Source: a virus
DNA: 11,571 bases
Virus genome (UHGV): UHGV-0116702
Reading direction: 5' to 3' (one strand)
Both the position numbers and the translations under genes were made by a program. Below, in pieces: positions 1 through 6,648 of the stretch. Numbering within the stretch: the first letter of the stretch is position 1; each line of letters begins with the position of its first letter. The notes under the pieces were generated by a model. The model searched no databases. It saw nothing but the letters and a program-made list of their open reading frames with translations, and was not told the DNA's origin.

Positions 1-57
1 CGAATAGCTTCACTGTGTGGACGTGCTGCATGAACCGGGCGGCTGTCTAAAATCATC

Positions 58-1720
58 AAGGTCTAAATACACTATGAGGATGATTAGGGGTTGGTAGATG
101 ATTCGGATGAAGCATCCTCATTACAAGACCAACTATAGAACTACCTGTTAATAACAGGACAATATCAGGTGAATCCCTATTCAATTTAAAGGCATTTTCC
201 CAAGTATCTAAGCAGTTTTACACAGATTCTATGCAGTATCGGTATAGTCTCTTTTTACCCTAACTTATTGAAATATATAGAGAATCTGTGAAGTCTCTTT
301 TCAGGGAACTATGCAGGGTGTTAGTCGTTCCTCTCTCGACCCTTAGAAAAGTGCTATATACAGGACTATATAACGCTATTCATGCAGTTGGTCACCATAT
401 GTTACAGTTGCAAGAGATAACAATCAGCTATGTGAAAGTTAGGAAGTGATGGTTACAGTTGATTCGGTTAGTTCTAGGAATCAACCTCATAGTTCCTTCG
501 TAGTTCCTCTTAAAAAATCACTTACAGACACCTTAATATCTATACAGATTTCATGTAGAACACGATTAGTGCGTAAAACAGCTATTATGTTAAAAACGCA
601 CTGTATACGTATCAGTACTGATTTATAAGGGTTTTGTGTATTGGATGATAAGAGGCTATGCAGCACCTTGAGAGCATGTCTTCTAAGTCATTGATACATA
701 AGGTCACAGAAGTTTGTGTCTGTTACAGAGAAAACTGGATAGGATTTCACAGAACTATAAAATGTTACAGCTATTGATAGGTTAAATCTTCTTGATAGAT
801 GCTTTGAAGTGTGGTGAAGGTTTCTTGAGGTGGAGCTAAACAGATGCTATGAAGAAAGTCAATGATATTTTAACTGCTTTTGCAAAGGGGGTGCTATATC
901 GTGAATCTGGGGTACTTAACAGCCATCAATTGAGTGTAGATATTTTTTAAGATTATCGGTGAAGGGGAATGTAGAGGGGGGTACTACGATTTTTATAAAA
1001 ATTTTCAGACTCTGAAAAGTTGCTGTACAGATTTTGCACAATCTTACCAAGCCTCATAGAAAGCTCTGTAGCGAGTTTTAACCCCATTTTTAGGGGTAAC
1101 CTGTAGGTATGTACCACCCACCTTAAAATAAAGGGGTAAAATCGCTTAGAATGCGTTACAGAGCGTCTGAGAAGCTATATTCACAGATTTTACTAAAACC
1201 TCAGACTTTCTAAGTGGTCTTTTTAACAGGAGGGGTTCCCCTATGGTCACATATCCCCTCTCTCGCTTAGTGAGCTACACAGACCTAGAGAACATGCTCT
1301 GTAACGCCTTCACAAACATTGACTAAGGTCAACTTCATAAACTCAGAGTTAAGTTACCTTGAAAGATTCTACCAAGAAACTACACAGGTATTATTTAGTC
1401 TGACTGTGAAGAGATGTTTAACGGGAGGAAGAGAACCATGAAAACCGAAGGTAGGTTCTATCTTAACAGTGACTGTAAGAGATACCTGAAAAGATACTTA
1501 ACAGAACTACCAAGAAGAGAGGGAACGATAAAACCAGAGGTAGTGACCTTGTTAAGTAGGTCGTTTCAAAGTCTCTTAAAAGTCTGTTAAGTAAGGGCTA
1601 TGTGAACAATCTTACCATTTTGTCAATGCTTTTGTCTTTGACCTAAATCAATAAAATGTATCGTTTGATGTGCTTTTAAACAAAATAGCTAAAAAATCTT
1701 TTTAGAGGGGCGCTTCGCTT
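58..1720. other. ORF-poor, motif-dense non-coding region (candidate ori / ncRNA / regulatory hub)
   Basis: The six-frame track shows only one 60-aa ORF in 1.66 kb, and it has no RBS. Region contains the conserved box copies at 1063-1075, 1145-1171 and 1296-1308, recurring CTGTGAAGAG and TTACAG/TTAACAG motifs, and a 17-bp perfect palindrome TTTTCAGACTCTGAAAA at about 1003-1019. Confidence 0.5.
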
Positions 1721-2389
1721 GTGTCACATCCAATAATCCATATCGGTCGTTATCATGGTGGTTCTGATGACTGGCGTACACCGTATCGTCTATTTCATAA
1801 CCTGCATCGTGAGTATAGCTTCAGTCTAGATGGTGCTGCAACTGAGCATGACGCATTGTTGCCACGGTTCACCGATGATATTCACAATCAATCATGGGTT
1901 GGTGAACGGGTCTTCGTTAACCCGCCGTTTAGCATGGCTGAACAGTTCCTCCTAAAAGCCCCTGAAGCTGATGTGTGTGTATGTCTGGTTCCGCACAGGT
2001 CAAAGACAACTTACTGGCTTCGGTGTGTATATACAAACCCCTTCCTGCATGAGATTCGAACGTTACACCGAGCGGTTAAATACCTTCCACCAGCAGGAAA
2101 GAGAGGTGTTGTAGCGCGTTCACCGTTTGCAAGTTGCGTTCTGATATACAGGAACACACCCCGTAAACCGAAGGTTGAAGTTACCCAGACAATCTATTGT
2201 GGCGACACAATGCTTTTACTTGCCGTGGTTAACAGGGGTGGTTTACGTGGAAGACCTCATATACACGATGCACAGACGCTTGACAGGTTGATTAAAATGC
2301 ATGACCAAGGGCAATCCATCAAGAGCATCGCAGAATCGCTAAGAATGCCTCTAAGCACCACTTACAGGATTGTTCAAAGGTTGGGCTGA
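1721..2389 (+). CDS. Phage-type N6-adenine DNA methyltransferase (Dam-like) fused to a C-terminal resolvase/invertase-type HTH domain
   Basis: 222-aa ORF with GTG start 10 nt after a GAGGGG Shine-Dalgarno. N-terminal ~155 aa carry DWRTP, LDGAA and the WVGERVFVNPPF motif with the catalytic NPPF tetrapeptide, typical of the small phage Dam family. C-terminal ~60 aa (GRPHIHDAQTLDRLIKMHDQGQSIKSIAESLRMPLSTTYRIV) match the GRP arm plus helix-turn-helix pattern of Hin/resolvase DNA-binding domains. Confidence 0.7.
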   Translation: MSHPIIHIGRYHGGSDDWRTPYRLFHNLHREYSFSLDGAATEHDALLPRFTDDIHNQSWVGERVFVNPPFSMAEQFLLKAPEADVCVCLVPHRSKTTYWLRCVYTNPFLHEIRTLHRAVKYLPPAGKRGVVARSPFASCVLIYRNTPRKPKVEVTQTIYCGDTMLLLAVVNRGGLRGRPHIHDAQTLDRLIKMHDQGQSIKSIAESLRMPLSTTYRIVQRLG

Positions 2390-2428
2390 AATTCTCATAT
2401 AGAGCACTGATTACGAGAATGTTAAAGA

Positions 2429-2462
2429 GGCGATTTCCCCTTTCTGGGGTTATTCGCTTTTT
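2429..2462 (+). terminator. Candidate intrinsic terminator downstream of the methyltransferase gene
   Basis: GGCGATTTCCCCTTTCTGGGGTTATTCGC: nested stems GCGA/TCGC and CCCC/GGGG, followed by TTTTT at 2458-2462. Confidence 0.4.
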
Positions 2463-2597
2463 ACTGGAAGGGTTATTTTACAGAGGTTTTTCAAACCCCC
2501 TCAATAATAGAAACGAGCAACAAACGAAGAGCGAGAAATAAAATATTGAGACTGGTGAACGGGGTCTGTAAAGATTGTTTAAGGGGGCAGTTAAGAA

Positions 2598-2630
2598 GGT
2601 GGCTCTCCCTTTCTGGGGTTATCGCCTTGT
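2598..2630 (+). repeat. Second, degenerate copy of the CCTTTCTGGGGTTAT hairpin motif
   Basis: GGCTCTCCCTTTCTGGGGTTATCGCC shares an ~18-nt core with the hairpin at 2429-2462 but has a weaker T-tract (CTTGTATCTT). Confidence 0.35.
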
Positions 2631-2654
2631 ATCTTAGTGAGTCCAGGAAGTTCT

Positions 2655-2835
2655 CTGTGAAGAGTCTTGTCAGTCCTTTATATTGGGTGATTACAACTCA
2701 TTGAAAAATAAGTGTTTTTAGAATTTACTGTTAAGGTTACAGAGTTAACTGTGAAGAGACTTGTCAGTTCTCTATATATGGCTAATTACAACTAATTGAA
2801 AAATAAGAACTTTTAGAAATTACTGTCAGAGAGGT
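2655..2835. repeat. Two tandem ~94-bp direct repeats (about 85% identity over ~75 bp)
   Basis: Copy 1 starts CTGTGAAGAGTCTTGTCAGTCC at 2655; copy 2 starts CTGTGAAGAGACTTGTCAGTTC at 2749. Both contain ATTACAACT, ATTGAAAAATAAG and TTTTAGAA-TTACTGT. The CTGTGAAGAG head also occurs at 1403-1412 and in variant form at 286-295 and 1468-1477. Confidence 0.6.
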
Positions 2836-2946
2836 GAATACTTGATAGATACAGCTTTCCGGTTCTGTCAAGCTATTTTTTCATAGATAGCACAAAATGC
2901 TAAAGATACCCCTATACCATCTCGTACAGGGGATTTTGGAGGGAGT

Positions 2947-3123
2947 TTAACGGGGGTCTGTGTGGTCATTATCCTTAAGGTCAAGCGTCCATGTATGACC
3001 GAACAGTTTAAAGACAACAAGCACTCTGACAAGGACGTAACGAAGTAGCAGACCTGCAATAAGTCCAATACCTCCACCAGCCCATACATCAGGTGACCCC
3101 AGTTCAGGAGGGAGATTTACCAT
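2947..3123 (-). CDS. Hypothetical small membrane protein (58 aa, one predicted TM helix)
   Basis: ATG at 3123-3121 preceded by AAGGA with 6-nt spacing on the minus strand. Product MVNLPPELGSPDVWAGGGIGLIAGLLLRYVLVRVLVVFKLF... has a glycine-rich hydrophobic stretch. The track ORF 2947-3165 is the same frame extended to a TTG. Divergent from the 3421 operon. Confidence 0.3.
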   Translation of the reverse strand: MVNLPPELGSPDVWAGGGIGLIAGLLLRYVLVRVLVVFKLFGHTWTLDLKDNDHTDPR

Positions 3124-3136
3124 TAGTTTTCCTTGT

Positions 3137-3235
3137 AAGACGCTCTCAATCGCATTCTGACACAAAAAGTACCTGACCTTATGAGTTGACCTTAAGAGGC
3201 TGTTTAACTCGTTACAGAGCGATTGAAGAGGTCTG
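3137..3235. repeat. Inverted-repeat-bracketed element, copy 1 (conserved left and right arms, divergent interior)
   Basis: Left arm AGACGCTCTCAATCGCATTCT (3138-3158); right arm CTGTTTAACTCGTTACAGAGCGATTGAAGAGGTCTG (3200-3235). Arms are imperfect reverse complements sharing GCGATTGAG and GTCTG. Interior contains a doubled TGACCTTA. Confidence 0.55.
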
Positions 3236-3341
3236 TGTGCAATGCAATAACCATGTGACCACTCTCATAGCCACGCCTTTATATTTTACTCTCCCCATAG
3301 AACCATTATACCATAGATGTTAATAAATTGTTAAAAAATGC

Positions 3342-3370
3342 TTGACATTAGTCTTTGAAACTGCTAGTAT
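3342..3370 (+). promoter_or_regulatory. Candidate sigma70-type promoter for the 3421-4658 operon
   Basis: TTGACA (3342-3347), 17-nt spacer, TAGTAT (3365-3370); A/T-rich upstream tract TTAAAAAATG; about 50 nt upstream of the ATG at 3421. Confidence 0.45.
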
Positions 3371-3420
3371 TGTACATATAAGTTAACAGAGAATTAACAA
3401 TTATAAGGACTAGCTTATGA

Positions 3421-3900
3421 ATGAACGACAGAGAATTTAGAGCGATGCTTCAGGCATCAAGAGAACGCAAAGGCATTGACGAAGTAATTCGGGCAATTAC
3501 ACCGAGGAGTCGTTATATGCCAACCAGAAAGAGCACCCAGAACACTATTAAAAATTATTTGGCTAACTTCGACAGCTACGAGCAACTACCAAGTAAGCTT
3601 GATGATATTTTCATTGGATTCTGTAGAAGTGAAGGCCACCCGAAATACAACAAAAAACTATTTTATCTTCTAAAGAATCTTGACGAAATTAACTCAGCTA
3701 CCGTGACAAATTATCTTCAGCGACAAGCAACCAGACTTAGTTATGAATTACCAAGCGATAAATATTGTGCATTGCTTGCTGTAATGTGTGCAAAGCTAAT
3801 TGGTATTGTTGAACATCATATTGCCGTTGGTAATATTGAGCCAATGGAAAACGAGCAACCAGACTTTGAGTTTGACCCGTATATTTTGGAGGAATTTTAA
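3421..3900 (+). CDS. Hypothetical protein (159 aa) with acidic C-terminal tail
   Basis: ATG with AAGGA SD about 11 nt upstream; first gene after the candidate promoter; ends ...ENEQPDFEFDPYILEEF. No family recognised by eye. Confidence 0.6.
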   Translation: MNDREFRAMLQASRERKGIDEVIRAITPRSRYMPTRKSTQNTIKNYLANFDSYEQLPSKLDDIFIGFCRSEGHPKYNKKLFYLLKNLDEINSATVTNYLQRQATRLSYELPSDKYCALLAVMCAKLIGIVEHHIAVGNIEPMENEQPDFEFDPYILEEF

Positions 3901-3901
3901 A

Positions 3902-4183
3902 ATGAAAAACAAACACACATTAACCCGCATTTCAGAGGAAGCTTTTAACGAGCTTACCAGAATTAAACGAGCTACTAACTTGCCTCATCAAACTGTAATG
4001 CAGCTTGCAATTGCTAAAGAGGTTACTGAGTCGGATTTACTGAAATATCCAGTCTCTAAAGGTCGTAAACACATCCGAATTAGTCAGGACGCTTTAGCTA
4101 CTTTGAAGGCGCTTAACGGCTTTAAGATTGATATTGCCCGTCTATTGAGTCTTAAAATTCACAAGCTGTCTCTGGAGGTCTGA
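3902..4183 (+). CDS. Hypothetical small protein (93 aa), possibly DNA-binding
   Basis: ATG at 3902 lies 1 nt after the upstream stop, with GGAGGA about 12 nt upstream. Preferred over the track's TTG start at 3800, which overlaps the upstream gene. Two internally similar segments (TLTRISEEAFNELTRIK / KHIRISQDALATLKAL) suggest a repeated motif; the DNA-binding idea is speculative. Confidence 0.55.
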   Translation: MKNKHTLTRISEEAFNELTRIKRATNLPHQTVMQLAIAKEVTESDLLKYPVSKGRKHIRISQDALATLKALNGFKIDIARLLSLKIHKLSLEV

Positions 4184-4185
4184 TT

Positions 4186-4458
4186 ATGAAGCAATGGCGA
4201 GATGATATTAAACGGTTCTTTGCAACTTACTTCATGATTAATTACGAAACAGGAATGCTTGAATGGATTGATGGTGGAGAGGTTAAGACAAGAGATGACG
4301 CTTACGGTAATCCAATGATTCGTTATGGCACTCGTGATTATTATGTGAAATATGTCATCTGGTTTTTGCATCATGAAGTTCAGGCAACTAAAAAAATTAT
4401 CTTCAGGGATGGTAATAAAAGAAATTGCCACCCAAACAATTTACTACTGGAGATTTAA
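4186..4458 (+). CDS. HNH_3-family (homing-endonuclease-like) small protein, possibly catalytically degenerate
   Basis: 90 aa; ATG 8 nt after GGAGG and 3 nt after the upstream stop. C-terminal YYVKYVIWFLHHEVQATKKIIFRDGNKRNCHPNNL matches the HNH_3 pattern (YYVHRLV...VxHIDGNKxNNxxxNL), but by my manual alignment the HID histidine is Phe (IIFRDGNK). Confidence 0.55.
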   Translation: MKQWRDDIKRFFATYFMINYETGMLEWIDGGEVKTRDDAYGNPMIRYGTRDYYVKYVIWFLHHEVQATKKIIFRDGNKRNCHPNNLLLEI

Positions 4459-4658
4459 TGCTATGTATTAAATTCGAATATTTGACAGATAAAATGATTA
4501 AGCATGTATCAGACCTGCTCATCAAAGAAGATGGTTTCGGTGATGTTTGCAATCCAAAAGATATCTTCATTCACGCCACCAGCCCAAATGAAACACTGAA
4601 AACAGCAGTTACAGCGGAATGGTTTGAACGAAATAAAGTAGAATTAGGCTATTGGTAG
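4458..4658 (+). CDS. Hypothetical protein (66 aa)
   Basis: ATG overlaps the upstream stop (TAATG) with GGAG 5 nt upstream, indicating translational coupling. Track ORF 4425-4658 is the same frame from a TTG inside the HNH gene. Confidence 0.5.
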   Translation: MLCIKFEYLTDKMIKHVSDLLIKEDGFGDVCNPKDIFIHATSPNETLKTAVTAEWFERNKVELGYW

Positions 4659-4692
4659 TCCGAGACTTTAAGAGAAATTAGAAAAACAGCTT

Positions 4693-4816
4693 CTCAGACG
4701 CTCTCAATCGCATTCTAACGCAAAAAACTATCTTATTTTAGGGTGGGTAATACCACTGTACAGGCTACCCCTGAAAAAGACTGTTTAGCTCGTTACAGAG
4801 CGATTGAGGAGGTCTG
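4693..4816. repeat. Inverted-repeat-bracketed element, copy 2
   Basis: Left arm CAGACGCTCTCAATCGCATTCT (4695-4716); right arm CTGTTTAGCTCGTTACAGAGCGATTGAGGAGGTCTG (4781-4816). Arms are nearly identical to copy 1 (right arm 35/37) while the interior differs in sequence and length. Ends 22 nt before the ATG at 4838. Confidence 0.55.
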
Positions 4817-4837
4817 GTAAAAAGGAGATTTTAGGAA

Positions 4838-5161
4838 ATGAACAATTACGAATTACAGATTTTCGTTGATAGCGACACCGCTATGATGATTCAGGCTTTC
4901 ACTGATGTAGGTGTTAGCATTGACTTTGACAGGCTGTTAAGGCTAATGGCTGATAACTCAGAAACAATTGAAGATTTTATTCAGTCGGTGGAGTTTAACG
5001 AGCCTCGAATGATGCTACCAATTAAAGACAGCAACATGAAAAGATTGGTTATCGAGCAAACGAACAAATTCAGCATTAGCCCTGAAAGATATCTCAAGGC
5101 AGCTATAGCAATTTTGTACGCTGACAATATTCTGGTGACGGATTCTGTGAGGATTCACTAA
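4838..5161 (+). CDS. Hypothetical protein (107 aa)
   Basis: ATG 9 nt after AAAAAGGAG SD; no recognisable motif. Confidence 0.6.
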   Translation: MNNYELQIFVDSDTAMMIQAFTDVGVSIDFDRLLRLMADNSETIEDFIQSVEFNEPRMMLPIKDSNMKRLVIEQTNKFSISPERYLKAAIAILYADNILVTDSVRIH

Positions 5162-5238
5162 TGGGTTTAATAATTGCTTGGGCGTTGCTTGGCTTATTTG
5201 TTGGTTGCTGGGTAGGTAACACAGTAAATAAGAATTGA
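5161..5238 (+). CDS. Candidate 25-aa hydrophobic microprotein (MGLIIAWALLGLFVGCWVGNTVNKN)
   Basis: ATG overlaps the stop of the 107-aa gene (TAATG). Sequence is almost entirely one TM-like helix with a polar C-terminus. Too short for the ORF track; support is overlap geometry and composition only. Confidence 0.3.
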   Translation: MGLIIAWALLGLFVGCWVGNTVNKN

Positions 5239-5262
5239 TGTTACCAATCTGTTAAAAAGCTG

Positions 5263-5291
5263 TTGACAAATAACCTTGAGCATGACATAAT
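5263..5291 (+). promoter_or_regulatory. Candidate sigma70-type promoter
   Basis: TTGACA (5263-5268), 17-nt spacer, CATAAT (5286-5291). The track's 67-aa ORF 5263-5466 begins inside this -35 hexamer. Confidence 0.4.
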
Positions 5292-5481
5292 TGTATATAT
5301 GAGGATAGTCTTCTATCCGAAGTCTATGAGGAGAGCAATTCTCTCTTATTTTCTTTCAATAATCCGATGGATGGATATTCTGAGTTGGAAAGGTGCAATG
5401 CTTTTCGTCATGGCCTTTCAGTTTAGTCTGAGAGGCTATCTCAAAAAGTGCTTAATCATTCATTGAACCCTTTACAGCTTT

Positions 5482-5510
5482 GCCCTAACTCATGATTAGG
5501 GCTTTCTTTA
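5482..5510 (+). terminator. Candidate intrinsic terminator
   Basis: GCCCTAA-CTCATGA-TTAGGGC perfect 7-bp stem followed by TTTCTTTA. Confidence 0.45.
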
Positions 5511-5579
5511 AGAGTTTTTAAACAGAGCTTTTAAAGAAAGTTTTTCCTGAAACTTCGTTAACGTTAAAGCAAACCTTCA

Positions 5580-5613
5580 AAGCCCTTCACAGATTATGTT
5601 TAGGGCTTTTCTT
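5580..5613 (+). terminator. Second candidate terminator hairpin (related stem)
   Basis: AAGCCCT - 15-nt loop - AGGGCTT followed by TTTCTT; shares the AGGGCTTT(T)CTT tail with the hairpin at 5482-5510. Confidence 0.4.
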
Positions 5614-5708
5614 AATAGAGCATCTTTAATAAATCGTTAAGTCATCTTCTAAGTGTATTGGCGTTGAAGGTGCTCTATTAAGAAATAACCACTTAGAGGA
5701 AAATTATA

Positions 5709-6419
5709 ATGACAAACGATTTATATATTAACGGTAAAAAGGTTGATAGCTTCGGTGACTGGTCGCCACAGACTGAACATCCAGCTATCACTATCCAGCG
5801 TAAAGAACATGATGAAAGAATTGCACTTGAGCAAGAAATCCGAATGTCACCAAAGGTAATTACCTTTGTAGCTCCTGAGCCTCAAGAGATGCCTGATATT
5901 TGCAAAACTCAAGCATTACTTGAGCTTGAGCGTGAATATTACCCACTGCTGAAAGCACAAAGAATTAAACTTGATATTGCTTACGACAATGTGAAGAACT
6001 TTGAAGAGACTGAAAAGCCAACTGATTTTGATATTGAAGTGGAAATTAGACAAAACCCATTCGTATATTACTCAGTTGAGGATAATGATGGTTTTGGTAC
6101 AGCAAGAGAGAATATCTCAAAAGTTCTTCAAAACATCCCTGAAGGATTCCGTTTAATTGATGTTAGACCAGCTTCACGCGGTACAGGTTCATATATTTTA
6201 CTGTCTGATAAAACAGATGAAGAGATTTGTCAGTTAGCTGAAAAGAATCTACTTGAGCGTCATAGCAAAAAATTAAACAGATTTAAGCAAGAACTTGCTA
6301 ACCAGCTTCAGGCTATGAAAGACCTTATTTCTGCATATGAAACGCAGAAGAAGGTTGCTATGCAGGCTGATATTGAGCAGTTAGTGAAGATTTCTCAGAA
6401 ATACGCAAAGGCACTTTGA
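5709..6419 (+). CDS. Hypothetical protein (236 aa), acidic with helical C-terminal region
   Basis: ATG about 10 nt after AGAGGA SD; long uninterrupted ORF; no family recognised by eye. Confidence 0.65.
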   Translation: MTNDLYINGKKVDSFGDWSPQTEHPAITIQRKEHDERIALEQEIRMSPKVITFVAPEPQEMPDICKTQALLELEREYYPLLKAQRIKLDIAYDNVKNFEETEKPTDFDIEVEIRQNPFVYYSVEDNDGFGTARENISKVLQNIPEGFRLIDVRPASRGTGSYILLSDKTDEEICQLAEKNLLERHSKKLNRFKQELANQLQAMKDLISAYETQKKVAMQADIEQLVKISQKYAKAL

Positions 6420-6444
6420 CTATGAATTAAAAAGGAGGTGATGA

Positions 6445-6648
6445 ATGTTTGATTTAACGGAACGCTATGAACTTATTAAAGCAATTAGCGAGAGATTGAA
6501 AGAACAACCCAACAAACCAAAACGAATCAAATCATCCACCTCTAAACAAAATAACAGAATCAGAAAAATTGCTAAATGGTGTCTGGATAGATTACCAAGT
6601 GATTGTCAGATTGTCGGTGAAGATGGCAATTATTATCTGATTAGGTAA
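6445..6648 (+). CDS. Hypothetical small basic protein (67 aa)
   Basis: ATG 5 nt after AAAAAGGAGG SD; lysine/arginine-rich centre (KPKRIKSSTSKQNNRIRKIAKW). Confidence 0.55.
   Translation: MFDLTERYELIKAISERLKEQPNKPKRIKSSTSKQNNRIRKIAKWCLDRLPSDCQIVGEDGNYYLIR

Noticed and set aside
446-628. 60-aa plus-strand ORF in the large non-coding region
   Set aside because: No Shine-Dalgarno, low-complexity serine/threonine-rich product, and it lies in a repeat-dense region; most likely a chance open frame.
2868-3089. 73-aa minus-strand ORF
   Set aside because: Overlaps the better-supported 2947-3123 minus-strand ORF in another frame and has no RBS.
3800-3901. 5' extension of the track's 127-aa ORF (TTG start at 3800)
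   Set aside because: The extension overlaps the 3' end of the 159-aa gene in another frame; the in-frame ATG at 3902 has a proper SD and sits 1 nt after the upstream stop.
4159-4431. 90-aa minus-strand ORF antisense to the HNH-like gene
   Set aside because: Fully antisense to a motif-supported CDS, with no RBS.
5263-5466. 67-aa plus-strand ORF as annotated by the track
   Set aside because: Its start codon is the TTG inside the TTGACA -35 hexamer; only the shorter leaderless frame from ATG 5299 is kept as a low-confidence possibility in the findings.
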